The notes below the pieces were generated by a model that did not search any database, was not told the origin of the DNA, and saw only the letters and a list, made by a program, of their open reading frames with translations. The position numbers and the translations under genes were made by a program. This document shows, in pieces, positions 1 through 14,071 of a stretch of DNA of 64,000 nucleotides (position 1 is the first letter of the stretch; each line of letters starts with the position of its first letter). The stretch is from contig NC_092698.1 of assembly GCF_964275005.1 (NCBI RefSeq), forward strand, positions 37,744,597 through 37,808,596, read 5' to 3'. Source of the DNA: Diadema setosum (lineage: Eukaryota).

Positions 1-1445
1 AATAAGTCATTATGAAAGAAATTGGTTTCATTTTTGCATAATGGATTGATTTTTTCTTGATGGAGAGAACAAATAAAAATTTCACTATCAGGAATTCTAA
101 ACCTAACATAGTAGAATAACTGGATGTTCAAATTAATTTTCCAATCTTAACAAAGAAAGCCATCAACAGTTAAAGCCTCTCCTTCAACAGAAATATATAT
201 ATTATTATAAATATATAGATATATTTTTAGCACTCACGGTACACAAGTTTTGCTAATTTCTATTTGATGGGGGTAGTTGCAAAAGTAATGGTTCATTTCC
301 GTCAACTGTACTCAGGATTTTGTGCTAAAAGTAACTGTACAACACTGATGGCATTGTAGATAAAAAAAAAAAAAAGTTTTGGTTTTTGATATGACATTTG
401 CTCTTGAAAAAGACTATTTATTCCACAAACAAAAGACCATTCATTTTGCCATGAAAACTTAGTTTTCAATTTAGCTGTGGTTTTTGGCACCTAACAAATG
501 GCAAAATATGTTCAAAATTTGAGACTGTGCCAAAGTTAGTGATATTGGACAGAAAGAAGATCAATACACTTAGAACTATCTATCACAAGGAAACAATCAA
601 CACACATAAAAACCCAATTACACAGTACTAGAACAAACACAATATAACGCTCAGGCATGACTAAGCTCATCTTGGTTGATATAGTTTGCTTATGTTGCAT
701 TTTGTCACAAAAATTAAACAATCCTTGTCTGCATTATTCGACAAGCTAAATGGCTGATTCCATACTGCATATCTTATCAAAATATGGCAGGCAACATTTG
801 GTAGAGATGTTGACATTTTGGGCAAAAATTTTGGCTAGAGCAATTCTGTCTGGCTTTGTGTGTCTCTACCATACTCGAGCAATAAAATGTACATGGCATA
901 TGGTTCCTGCTGTTGGTCCTTTAACGGTTATATAGCTGGATCATTCGAACTTGACCACACAGCAGACACGGGGATTAATTGAATTACACACAGATCAATT
1001 ACACGTCGGGACGTAAATAAACAACCTCAAAGTACAGCTGCAGGTCATGAATGGCCTCAAAGCACCCTGGGTGAGTTTAATGGTTTGTGATAGTAGGAGG
1101 GAAAGGAGCAAAGCTTATTGATATTCTAATGGCTTGACATATTCTGAGCATTTCAAACATAGATAATACAACCGGAAATACCTATTAAAGCTGGAACATC
1201 TTAATGTAGATGTGGCAGAGAAAACAGAGATAGCAATATTTGTTGTCAGAAAAAAATACAAATTTACTGAACATGTTCTAGATTTGGCAAATTAGTTCGA
1301 TGGTATAAATATAAAGGTATTTCTTTCATCATGAATGCAAAAGATTCTGAATTATGAGCTACTCCCCTTTAAAGAAAGGACACAGAAAGATACAAATGCA
1401 AGTGATATTGGGCAGTGAGAAGTAATAGATGAGAGAGGTACTGGG

Positions 1446-2224
1446 CTAGGAGCTCACCATGAGACCAGGACTACCAGCTGAGCCATCCTGCAATGTGAGA
1501 CCAAAGAATGCTGCACCAGCTGAACGACAGTGAGGCTCGGTATCAGGCAAGACCTGGTCCTTCCAGGCGATGTCCTCCATAGTGGTCATCCCCTCTGTGT
1601 CCATCCTGACCCTGGGCGTGGAGAGCTGTGACAGGGCTTGGATGTGCACTGCACTGATGTCAAACAGGAGACTTTGCTGACTGGTCTGGTCCAGGAAAGA
1701 GGCTCCTGCACCACTGAGATTACACTGTGTGTCAGCATTCACTGTCATCTTGGCAGGAGTGTTCTCTTCCATCTGAGTTTCTGCATCTTTGCAAAGAGCA
1801 TCGTCCAGGTCAGCTTGTGGGACTAGTGCTAAGTTCTTGTAGTCACTCCTAAGGACAGTGGAACGAGGCAGATCAGTGATGATGGCTTCATCTTCAGGTG
1901 CCACAATCCGGACAGGACGCTTTGGAATGGCCTTCCCGTCTGTGTCGGTCTTTGCCTGGTCGGGAGCAGCACTTCTCAGAGCTGACTTCAGAGGAGGGGA
2001 GGAGCTGAGGGGAGTATCTTCAGGCAGATGCTGCTGAATGGCTGTTTCCAAGGGAACAACACCATCCACCTCATCAGAGCCATCTGTATCTCTACTGGTA
2101 GGCTTCTCTGGTGTCTTTGGAGCCATTCGCTTCACCCTGGATGGCATGTCTTCGAATCCGGTCGTTCGGTTCCTGTGTCGCCTTCGTGCAGGTTTCTGGG
2201 GGGTGATCTTGGCTCGACTGGCAC
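1446..2224 (-). CDS. Probable terminal coding exon of the same minus-strand gene (about 259 codons including the stop; Ser/Thr/Pro/Asp-rich).
   Basis: A minus-strand acceptor cttccag (plus ctggaa at 2225-2230) precedes GTGCC. The phase-1 G from the upstream donor plus GT gives GGT (Gly), which falls exactly in the frame of the 288-aa ORF that ends with a stop at 1446-1448. The combined CDS is 4053 nt, or 1350 aa. The intron is about 7.1 kb, and exon pairing was not verified. Confidence 0.42.
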
Positions 2225-5200
2225 CTGGAAGCACAAAATGAAATGAGATGGTATAGAGGAATGAATGAAAAACACTGAAAACAAACATCAACTTCATAGA
2301 CATGGGCATCACGATATGTATTCAATATATTTTCCAAGGCAGCTCCTAGGGCAAGTTCAGAACACCTTCATTCCTGTGTGGCAAACAAATTTAAGCATCA
2401 GTGTGACAAAATTTACAAGGCTAAATTGCTAAAATTGCTTGCATTATTACACCACTTGCCCAAAACATCAGATATATACTTGTATTACTATTGTATGGTT
2501 CCTATTGACCAAGATACGGTATTTCACTCACCAACTACAGCATTTCACTTTTAGTTGGACCACAATTTCCTGAGCCTCGGGTCATGGGTATGATTTCCAT
2601 CGGAGAAGTGACAAATGCAATGAAATCATTACATCGCTCAGATTTGACCCCAGATAGCAAAGCTTAAAATTTGAAGGCATTCCATACTCAAGGCCCTCTA
2701 AGAGATTGTCATACATCCAACCACTCAGATAGCCAGATTTAAAGCAATCACTTCTTTCATGAAACTTCAGTTTTCATGCCATGTCATCTCTTAGTGCAAT
2801 GATGTAATCTCTTGGGTCCTAATAGTAATATGCTGTAAAAGAAAAAAAAAAGACACTTGTAAGTGTAGGGTATTCATTGGAACCCACAGACATCTATCTC
2901 AGTCTTGCCACAGATCAAATTCAGAAATTGTCAAACTTTTCTGACCGCTGAAATGCAATAAAAACATTCCAGCATATTTTTATGAGTTTTTTGAGAATCA
3001 TGTTATGAACTATTGAGAAAGCTATACTTTATATGAGCAAATATCAGCATGTTAATAATCTGTTGACTAAATGATTCATTCTAACATTACTGTTTAAAAG
3101 AAAATATAGAGTGTGGTAGATGCAGTCACTCACAGATTTTATACAATTTTGAAGCATTTTTGTATTCATTACCAACCCTAATTTTTGCATAGCTTCATAT
3201 TTACACAATATCAAAGACTGGTAGTATTGTAAGGACCACGCAACTCGGCCCCTTCAAACTGGAAACAATGTTAAACCATCCATGGTTAAACAGTGATTTC
3301 AAATGGAAAATCAAGCCTTAATGTCTGCATGTCTTTTATTAAAGCCATTGGAACTATTTGCTCGACACCTTTCTGGCAACCACTTAAAATCTAAAATAGG
3401 TTTGATAAATTACCCCTGATGTGACTACAGCCTCGATGATTCACATTAGTATTATTCCTTCTATGAATAACAAATTTCCTAAATGATTGCAAGGACATAA
3501 TGGGAAAAGGTTGCCTTTCAACTACATTGTGCCTATCATTGTGACTGAATAGCACAAATTGCCAATTTTTCCCCATCATTTTTGGTGGGGGAGCCGGAGG
3601 GATAGGCGGCATAAACAGCAATTTATGTGAATGTCTATTATTGCCATATTCATATAGTTCTGCTGACTAAACTTTAAGATGATGAAGCAGGGCTACAGCT
3701 GTCTATTGTGCCAGCGAGAAGGGGGGGGGGGGGGGGGGTGGAGGAGGAGAAGAGAGAGAGAGAGATAGAGGAAGAGGGAGAGAAACAAGAAATCCTGAAT
3801 AAGTTCAGTGCCAGGGGCTGAGGTAAACATGAATGAGAGAGATTATGGGTTAACACCCCTCAGCGTCTGTAGGAAATGATTCACCACCTCAACATGACTC
3901 ATGGGCAGCGACTGTTATTAATTGATATCTGACACCAACCCACAAGTTGTTAACATTAACACTGATACACCGCTAATCCAACACCTAACTTACCCAAGCA
4001 GCTACTTGTATCTCTGTTATTCATTGCACAACATGCTACGAGACCTTCATTGCCCAAGAAATGCTGTTGTACACAAAGCCTGCAAAATGGAATTTTCCTG
4101 TTGTAGTGAAATAGATACACTGTACTGAACTATTCAAAGTATCTGTTCTACAGTAAAAAGTAAATACAAGGTTTTATTTAACCCTGCAAGGATATAAGGG
4201 GTGAAGTAAAATTCAAACAAGAAAGAAAAGAATGTAATCATTAAAACTATGTAGGGCCTACGCTGAGATGAAATCAAACATATCACAGTGGCCCTTAGTA
4301 CAATGTGTAGACCTTTTCTTTTAAGTTTGGGTGCTGATTTTAATGTTTATTTTAGCCGTAAAAGGGGGGGGGGGGGGCTTCTGTATGCCTGATAACAATG
4401 GTTGATTTATGCACTGACTTAGCCATGCACCTGACTCATTGCATAGCCAATTCAATCTTTCTTTCTTTTTTTCTTATTATTCTGGCAGTCCCCCAGTTAT
4501 GGTCAACAAAAGTTACAGAGTTTAAAACTTGACTACAGTGTAGGTCTATACTAGGTATAAACTTTGCAAAAATCACAAATTTCTGTTCTACGTCATGTAC
4601 TTTTATATGGCATAGTTAGCACCAACCCCAACACCTTCACACTCACACGGTTTCCTTTAGTTCGTCCTATTCACCTACCCTGCCCATGAGGTCCCCCACC
4701 AACTCCTCTCAGACAAAAAAGTTATTTATTTTCACTGGGGCTACACCCAAACAAAAGACTTTCTGCCTATGATGCATTAACTGTGCCAAAATCTTTGATA
4801 CGTTATGGTGGTCATGCTGAGAGATAAAAATTCCAGCCATTGTACCAGCCGTGAGAATCTAGGTCCCTGGGTCACAGACTACAGCATGCCTGTGACCCTA
4901 TGCAGAAACATGGAAACACACAACAGCCTTAACCTATAAATGTCGTTAGGCGAAATAGGGCATCTGAACAATCAGGATATATGCCTGATGAAAAAGTTTG
5001 AGCAAACAAGGGAACAAAGCTTGAAGTCATGCAAATCTCACATTTGACGATGGAACCAACAGCCAGACGAATCACATTATGCCAAGCAGGGAATGGGGAG
5101 GAATGTTTCCCACGATTGTTATATCTTCTCATATGTTTTAACCACACCTCTGTGGCTTGTTTGCTGAGCGTGCCTTGCTCCTAACCCCACACATCACCAT

Positions 5201-5314
5201 CCAGGATCACGAATCCCTCCACGTCCCGCTCCTGAACTCTTTATTTCATACTCTCTTCTTCACTCAGCATGCATGTATTTGACCCAAGGGGGCAAACCTT
5301 TCTTTCTTCACCTG

Positions 5315-5318
<4 letters not shown>

Positions 5319-5349
<31 letters not shown>
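5319..5349. repeat. (G)31 homopolymer. This is one of more than 15 long G/C homopolymer tracts in the window; others are at 3721, 4366, 9187, 16775, 22806, 33003, 35688, 35928, 36245, 36825, 37180, 37310, 37543, 37676, 61446, 62025 and 62199.
   Basis: Read directly from the sequence. Confidence 0.95.
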
Positions 5350-5350
<1 letters not shown>

Positions 5351-8300
5351 GCATTTCAAGAGTGTTTTATATCCATGCAAACATTATCAGCTCACGTCCA
5401 TACTCTCCAGAGGCTAAGCTCAGCCCCTTTTTGCCATCGGCATGGCAACCTGCACCTGTGCAAATCCAGAGACTGTGCCTCTGTTCTGTCATCCAACATG
5501 ACTGCCTTGGTTGGAATGTCTCAAGACTGTATAACGAGTAACTGTTAATAGGATTTTAAGGGGAAGATCATCTCATACAGATGTTTCATTAATTTATCAG
5601 TTTATGCGACTCATTCAAGGAGGGTGTATTAACTGGACTAGAATCTAATTCTCTGTTATAAATGCATTTCTATTGCAGTTGTGTATAACAAACTTTTTAT
5701 GTTTTGTCAAGAAACCTTGGCAATAAAAAGGGTCATCACTTTGAGCTGATTTAAGGATGTCATTCTAATTCACTAACATTCTTTAATGGTTAGACACATC
5801 TAAAAAACCTTTCTCATCATTGCCTGAATATTTCTCTGACCTTTTTTCCACATTCACCTTTTATACATGATGACATCAAAATAATTCTTTTCGCAGGAAC
5901 TTCCTACTGAACAGAGCCTTGCTAAAGGCTAAGCCATCCCGTCTCCAAATACAATTACATTGTATATACTGTTCTCCGCTCACAGCCTGCATGGAAGTCA
6001 TTCTACTGTAGATGAGATACAAGGGCTGCACCCACCTGTTCTTAATTGATATTTTTGTATCAATCGAAGTGGACACCCAATCTCACCTATTCTTATAATA
6101 TTTCTACTGTATGTAAATGACAATAAGTGATAGAACAACATGGGCCCACCTCTGATATATTGCCTATTCATGAATAATGAAGCTGTCCCGACCCTTTGTA
6201 CAATGGCCTTGAGAATCATGAACCCTTCCTAGGAATGTTGACATTGCATAATGATCCTGAACTGAGTGCCCCAATTTGCAGTTGACCTCATATTATTAAG
6301 TCATCCCCTCTTATATCAACACTATTCAATACAGCTAGAGCTCTGCAAAGTACGAAGGACCACATTGCATAAAACTATGCTAACTTGACAATTGATAGTT
6401 CTGGTAACCCTGCAATCAATGGCAACCATCACTGAGATCTCAGCTGTGATTAGTTATGGAATAGTGTTGCTATCATCGATCTTTGCAGTTATCAATGATA
6501 TTCCGAGTTATCACTAATTGCAAAGTTGCCACAGTTTTAGGCAAGAGGCCCCCGATCTGTTCACTCACAGATATCAAACTTGAATCAAGTACCATGTCTG
6601 AAGCCTGAAATTTCCTGCCTCCCTTTTGAAACCCTGAAAATTTGATTTCATTCATAAGCTGGCATATTGTAGAGGTAGGTACAATTTGTATTTCAGACCT
6701 TTCCTCAGAATGATAAAACTGGAAACTTCTCTATGAGAGAGTTGTAAAAATTTACAATTCCAGTCAATTTTTTAGGACCCTGATAAAATTCAGACCATTA
6801 TTCTCCGTAAAAACGAGAAGCGTATTCTAAAGTGACACGGGGTTAGTTTTTTATTTCTTGTTTAAAAAAACCGAGGTGTATTACTGTAATACTTCAGACA
6901 TGATGTTGGGAGACATTATTCTTCAACCATGCAAAATTTTGTGATGTTTCCAAAACAGACATACGACCTTTAAAACAATGTGGGAAGGTTCACTTCACAT
7001 GCACAAGGATCATTGTAATTGTTTGGAGAGTAGTTCAGTTTGAGCTAAAAAGAGCATTCCTTTAGAGACTCAGTTAAGAGCCGCACCCACAAAGAGCCGC
7101 TGCCGGCATATCACTCATCCTACTCGTCTGGATACTCCTTCACTCCTGGTTCATCTCATCACAGAATGTGAGAAGAACTTGGTGAAGCACTCTGAGAACT
7201 ACTTCAAATCAAGAAAGAAGGAGATCTTGTAAATTTAAGTACATGTACACCACCCGACTCATTCAGAACATAAATCTTCAATTTCATGGGCACTGGAGTC
7301 TAGCATTATGTTAATGCTGAGTGAGATTTTTTTTTTCCAGAAGTGAATTTGATAGTCTGAAAGGTAATATTCATTTCAGGGAATTCAATTAAAGGCTAAT
7401 AATTGATTTGATTTGCTTGGAGACCTACAAATGTGCGCATCAAAGTTTTCTTTAATAAATGTTGCATAAATCAAGTTTAAAAATCACGTAAAGTAGCACT
7501 TGTATTTGTGGGGAGCATAATATAATCAGCTACACACTTTTGTACAAGAAGGAAAGTGAACCTTGTTATATCGGGCACTAATCCATTGATAGGCCAGAAT
7601 AAAGCTTCCACATGACTATAAATGATGGAAACAAATTATGGGGGTTCAACCACAAAATGCAGAACCTGTCATATTAGTCAGCATCTGGACATCAAAATGA
7701 GTGGTCAATTATAGGACACAGGTGCTCAGACCCGTGTAGGGGAAGTCAGTTTCAAAGACACCTTCATGCACCGCTATGAACACGCTGTCAAACACGTGAA
7801 TCGTGGAACTGTATGGTATAAGTGTAACCACTACCAGGGTGACAAGAGGCACACACACCAATCAAGCTGCACTTGTCTTTGAAGCATGCATCATCATGAG
7901 GGTTACGGGAGAATTAGGTGTGATTAATGATGACATGTGTTAAATAAAACTTCAGATTTGATAAAGATGTTGGGGTTACAAGTCCTGTGGGACATTATGC
8001 CTTTTGGAGACATCAAATACCATACAAACATCATAACTAGGCACATGATATCTTTACCAGACATACATACACTGTACAGTATGATGTATGACAAAGAAGC
8101 CATGAGGGAGCAATTTTGGAAGTGGGGCACCTCCCCCATTCCCAGGTCTGGCCTTCTCCCTCACCCACACTTCCCCCATCTCTTCTGGGCACCAAAGGGT
8201 GACCCACATGCCCCCAGCAGGAAATCACTGCAAGCAGCTGTTGTGTCAAGTTCCATATCAAACACAGAACTTTAAAACGAATTGCCCTACATATGCAGTA

Positions 8301-9370
8301 TGAATAGTTAGTACCTATATTTTCTTTTTCTTCTCATGATAGTCACCTCAGAATGGGCATTACACGAATACTAGTAGACTTGAGCAAGTGTTATTATAAA
8401 AAAGAACCATGTAGGAAGCCTTAAGGAATAACATAGCTGCAAAGTTTCTTTTCGTAATGGAATGTACGTGTATGACTACAAATACTACAGTGCAATGTTA
8501 AATCAATGACTCAGTAACATGCCACATGCAATCACATTCAGCACAGATGAAACTTGATTTTGAAAACCAGTTTTCCATCAGCTTCACATTCACACATCAC
8601 AACACCTTATCCTGTACACTAATTTATTCATGAATATGAAAATTAAATTTTTTTCTGTATGAAACAAAAAGAATTAAAATAGCAAAATAAACTAATGAAT
8701 GAAAATTTCCTTTCTTGTGCTATAAAGTAGCACAGAGTTTAGAAAAGATAGTGTTAAAGGTGGTAGAAAGGTGTTACAAACCAGTATGCCTTTTATGTCA
8801 GATGCAAGTAAAACTCATCTAGCAATCATATTTCACACAGGAATGAGCACCTACTTGATAGGGAGTACTGGTACAGTTGTATTTAGGCCTAAGGCTACTA
8901 TTTGGGCAAGATGACAAACATAGTTAACTTTTGCATAGCTGTGAGAAGCCCTGAGCCTTCAGACACTACTGCTGACTAAAACCACTGTATTTGACGCTAT
9001 TAAATTTTGAAAGTACGTGCATGATCAGGTATTGCCTTGGTATTCACTTTTTCCATTTTGCATGAAGAGAATCATGGATTTCATGCTAGCTACAATCGCA
9101 AACATGTGCTTTCAGTGAATTTCAGTTTACATATATTTCAATAGAAAAAAAAACAAAGCAGGGGTGGATCCAGGAATTCCGTAAAGGGGTGGGGGGGGGG
9201 GGGAGGGGGGCAAAAACATATTTCTGGTGCTACCTCTAGGTTTCATTTTATCTTTTTCTTTTTATTTCTTTTGTTTGAACAAAGAATAAAAAGGGGGCAC
9301 ACACCCAGTGTGTCCCCCTCTGGATCTGCCACTGCAAAGTAGATCAAGTATCCCATAACATGCAACTCAC

Positions 9371-12300
9371 CAAGGTTTTCATAAAGAGGTTCATCACCGG
9401 CACCCCTGGGAATCTTTCTCCTGCTTGTAGGAGACAGAGAGTAGGACTTCTGCAGGAGGACAGGCGTCTCACCAGAGTCCACATCTTCTGGGTCAGGGCT
9501 GACAGGAGGTTTGGGTGCCCTGCGCTTGGATGCACTGTTTGCAGCATTCCTGACAAGCATGGTCTCCTCTTCAGCACCAACACTTCTTTTGGGGGGCGTG
9601 GCAGCAAGGGCAGGAGTGTTGATGACAGAAGTGGTAGGAGTTGCCATTGGAGGAGTTGCAGCACTGGTGGGTGTGGGGGTACTGTTAGTAGGAGCAACCC
9701 GTTTGATTGCAACCGTAGGCTCACCCTTGTACGCATTGATGACTTCCAGGCGTTCTAGAGAGTTGCGCTGGACGGGTTCACCTGGTGTCGGGGAAGATGC
9801 CGTTGCAGGAAAAGAGTTTTTAAGCCATTTTTCAACCTCTTCAGAGTTAAACTCTCTCTCTGGGCTTCCAGGTTCATCTCGTTTCTTTTTCCTCCTCCAA
9901 GGCAATTTTGACTTCTTAACTTTTGATATTATTGCCGGTGCATCTTGTGTTGCAGTAGAATCTGGAAGATTAATGGGATTGGGATGGGGTCTGTTCAAGG
10001 GAGGTGGTGGTGATGCCACACGTCTCACAGGCTGATGCATATTTGGGGCAACATCTTTCTGCTTTCCACGAGACTGTTCGGCTCGTCCAGTGGGGGAAAA
10101 CTCTCTTAGTCGAGCGCGTAAATTGCTCTCCTTTTTGGCTGGAGTCACTTTTCTGGGCTCATGCTGAGTTCTCACTGGAGTTGCATCTCCACGTCTTTCT
10201 GGAGACACGTCTGTTCTTCTGGTTGGTGACATTTCTCTCCTCCATTGATCAGATCTTCCTGAGCTACTTGCAACAGGAGCCTCAAATTTACCTTTGTGAT
10301 CACTAGCAGCGTGGGGATGGGATGATCTGTCCGTATCATCAGACAGGTCTGAGGAGCTTCTGTCTACTGATTGTTTGCTATCTTTCTTGCTGAGAGGGGG
10401 TGGGGGCGGGGAACGATGGGGCAGGCTATCCAACCTGTCATCCCTCTCCCTGCTGGTCACCTGGTCTACCAACTCCATCGATGGGGGGCGAGGAGCCACC
10501 CGTTTTTGTCTTGTCCTCACAAATTCAATATTAGCTTGGTCCTCTTTATCAGTGCTACTAGATGCTGGTTCCTCCATCACAGGGTGGGTTCTGGATCTGG
10601 ACCTGGATGGCCGCCTCGTTTCCTGCAGACTCTCATTGCTGAGAGACACTTTCTTGGATTCCAAAAGGTTTGGTGCACTGGTTCCTTTCACTTCATCTTC
10701 ACTTACAGGGTGTGACACCGCACCATCAGATTCAGTGGAATTCTCCTTGGGCTGGAGGTAATCAATATTCACTGGACTACTAGGAGTTACATGACTAACA
10801 ACTTCACCTTTATGACTACTTCTTGCTGCACCACCATCATATCCTTTTGGCAGAATAAAGATGGGAACTTTGTACTGTCCAGAATTTCTTTTCTTTTTTC
10901 TGTACTCAGGAGGTTGTTCATCGTGGAGAATGATGGGATAAGGGGGCGAATTTCTTTTGCTTCTGTCGCCTTCTGGTTTTGGCCCGTCACTTGAATCGCT
11001 AGATTCCATGGAGTCGTTAATGCCCGAATCTGTCTGGAATTGGGAGGTGGTGTAGATGCCATCCACCAGGGCAACATTTCTCCTCGTGAAGCGAGCAGAC
11101 GGATCCTTGGATTGGACCATAGTGTCTTCCTGCTGAGCTAAACCAACTCCTTCATCCAGCTCCTGAGACAGCCTATTGCTGCTGTTGCTACTTGATGGCA
11201 TGTCATGACCTTTGACCTCTAAAATACTCTCTCCCTCAGGCACTCCAGATTGATTGTCACCAAGATCAACAACTCTGTAGGGACTAGTCGTGATGTCTTG
11301 GCTTTGGTGACTTGTTCCACTATCCTGCCTCATGCTACTACCACTAGAACTCTCACCATTGTAACGATGTGACACTTCCCCTGTCATAGAAATGATTGTG
11401 ACACAATCTGCCACATGTCCGTATCGGGGCACTAAATCCTCTTGCCCAATGTCAACACTGTGCTTCTCTGTGGACTGCCCAGAGGGTTTGCCAAAATAAA
11501 CATCGGAGCTCAGCTCGCTATTTCTCACCATCACATTTTCAGTCTGAATATCATCACTCATTTCACTCACATCTTTACTAACGTTCACTGAAATTTCCTC
11601 TTTCTCCGAAGGAATGAACACGACAGGATCAGACGTTTGGCGGCGATGTTTCGTGAGCGGCTGAATTGAGGGTCTCACTTTGCCAATATTTTTCGGGAGA
11701 GTCTCATGACCTGTTAATGTTGTTTGAGAGTTTAAAACAATATGTCCCACTGCAGACGAGAGTTTTGTCTTCACTTCAACCAGACGCTGTTGGTCTTCAG
11801 TGATTCCATCACTCCCGATCACATTAGGCAGGTCAGGCAAGTCGGTCAGAGTAACCTCTGGTTCCACCATGGAGTGGTTGTTATTGTTACTGCTATGAAC
11901 CTCTCCTGCTGATGTATTCAGTGTCTGGATGTGTCTGAGATTCTTGGCGACTTTCACAAACTCAGGAAGATCTGGATCTCGACTGTTCCTTTCCTGATTC
12001 TTTGGTGGGCTAGCTGGTTTTTGAACAGGGCGAAGAGCTCGCCTCAAGTGCTTGTTGACATTGCTGCTGAGCCCACTATCTGCTTCACTCTCTGAGGAAG
12101 AGTTTAGTAAGATGTTCCCGTTGGGCTCCTGCACTGGCAAGTTGACATTCACGCTTCCACTCTCAGAGGATGAGTCACCCACGTTCATCCCTCCTCTCAT
12201 TGATTCACTATTCACTGATGCCACATTATCCACAGAAGCTGGCGTCGGTGCATCCACAGGAATGTTGAGAGCAATGACGTTGGAATCGGGCGGTTTACCG

Positions 12301-12644
12301 CTCGCGTCTCGCCTCGAGCTCTGAGGTCCCACTGGCTTGACTCTCTCCTTCACCTTCTTCCTGTTATTCCTGTCTGTGGGCTTCTCGCCCCTCCCTTTCG
12401 TCCCATCTTTCTGAAGGTTATTCTGGTTGCGCAGGATGACTTTGGGAATGTCATACTTGTAGTGAATTGGTTTGCTCTCCGTCCCTTGAGACTCGTTGAT
12501 GTTGTTATCAAGAGCTGCAATCTTCTCACCTTCCACGGCATGTGCTGCTTTGGGCTTGAAGCAGTGGACACAAAGATGGCCTTTAAAGCGGTGCTGCTCA
12601 AAGGCTTCACAGGCAGCATTATTGGCTTTCTGTTCCTCAATCAT
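9371..12644 (-). CDS. Large 5' coding exon (3274 nt) of a minus-strand gene. Encodes about 1091 aa of a low-complexity Ser/Pro/Asp/Lys-rich protein with an N-terminal Cys/His-rich motif (CEAFEQHRFKGHLCVHCFKPKAAH).
   Basis: The 1133-aa minus ORF starts with ATG at 12644 (cat on plus at 12642-12644) in a Kozak-like gacgacATGa context. A minus-strand GTGAGT donor follows the codons E-P-L-Y-E-N-L; its plus-strand reverse complement actcac sits at 9365-9370. The exon ends in phase 1. The plus-strand ORFs overlapping this region are antisense artefacts. Confidence 0.6.
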
Positions 12645-13967
12645 GTCGTCTCTTGTGTGGGGAGCTTCTGACTGTTAAGGATGTCACCACAGTTATTGCT
12701 TTTCCACGAGTGCCAGGTTTATCTTATCTCCTGAAGAATCTGCAGATGACAAAAACGATAAAGAGAAGATAATCATTGATAAAAATCTAACAGAGTTAAT
12801 CTCAAGACTGTAATGTCAGGACCTGCGACTTCTTTGTTTCTCTACACTGCCATACTTCAAAATGAAATTAACTCGCTATGAATCTTGTATCAGATCAAAG
12901 ATAAACATCTCGTCAACTTCTACGTGCAAGTCTTTTGATCAAGTTGATATAGTATCTGGCAGGAAGTGAAAATATCAGTCAAAGACCCAACTATTTTTGA
13001 GATGAGAATTTTGCTCTGGGTTGAGTCATCGGTGTGACTGGAGTAATATGAACTTCTACATGAAGTCTATGGTATTTATCCATCTTCACTTGCATGAAGC
13101 TCCAGGGTATTGAGAAGAATACGGTGTTAAATTGCAGGAAATCGTTCATGAAATTTAATGTGCTGAAATACAGGTCTTTTGAGTCACGATGAAACTACCA
13201 AAAACAAACAAAAAATCCTTGGAAGGGCAATGGCCTGAAGCATTGTGATTCATTAAAAAGAAAACACACACACAGTGGTTGATTATGTGATTTGACTATT
13301 CCTTTAATACAGACTACGCAAAAGACTGAACATACGGTACTAATTGTACAAAATGCTATGATGGGCAGTGACAAAGAATTTTTTCCCAATAATACAACTT
13401 CTTCATTAATAGGAACTGCAGAAATCTTTTAATATGCACATCTATGGACATGGCAGTATAAAGAATTCTTCGCATGTTTGCATTTACACAAAAATGAAGA
13501 AATCATAATCTGCATTATAATCTAACACTTAAAAGCAAAAAGGACACCAACAACAGAGTCATCACATTTTATTCTGTCAACAGCAAAAAAAAAAAAAAAA
13601 AAAAAATTAAAACAGACATAAAAATGTATCATCCTGAGTTTATGAAAACTAGATGCAGCAATGACTAATGTTAGTGTTCTTTGGAAATGTTTAACCAGAA
13701 ATGAAGTTACAGCGCACTCTGATTAATCACATAATGGAGATATCAATGCACAGATAAACATTATTTAGAAGTGATTAAAACAGAGTAGATACTGTAGTTA
13801 ACCTGTGAAAAGAAGAAGAAAAAGTTACCCATGAGAGCTAGCCTCCAGAAAAGCATTGCATACAAATTTTCATTTACTCTGCATCTTGTAGATGAAATAA
13901 ATACAGACAGTACTATTCCTTCAGCAAAACATATGATCTGGGCCTCATTTCATAAAAAGTTGATAAG

Positions 13968-14071
13968 ATAGCAACTCTTGCTGGAATGACAATTGTCATA
14001 GTAATGACAAGAATCCAGCTTCCTGATTGGCTGTTGCTATGGGAAGTTGCTATTCCAGCAAGAGTTGCCAT
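13968..14071. repeat. Short hairpin-forming inverted repeat. The arms are atagcaactcttgctggaat and attccagcaagagttgccat, separated by a 64-bp loop that contains the palindrome atgacaattgtcat.
   Basis: The arms are reverse complements. The mirrored ORFs 13913..14236(-) and 13986..14222(+) are artefacts of the repeat. Confidence 0.4.

Noticed and set aside
5269-5548. ORFs spanning poly-G or (CA)n tracts (5269..5548, 27375..27621, 35514..36050, 37086..37769, 38884..39105, 24431..24712).
   Set aside because: They give homopolymeric Gly/Pro or Thr-His/Cys-Val translations of simple repeats.
9344-12678. Plus-strand ORFs (9360..9758, 9511..10035, 10004..10306, 10371..10761, 12052..12324 and others) and the short minus ORFs 9344..9736 and 12350..12640, all overlapping the 1133-aa minus ORF.
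   Set aside because: They are antisense or alternative-frame artefacts of a long compositionally biased coding exon. Only the 9371-12644 minus frame has a start context, a donor and continuous length.
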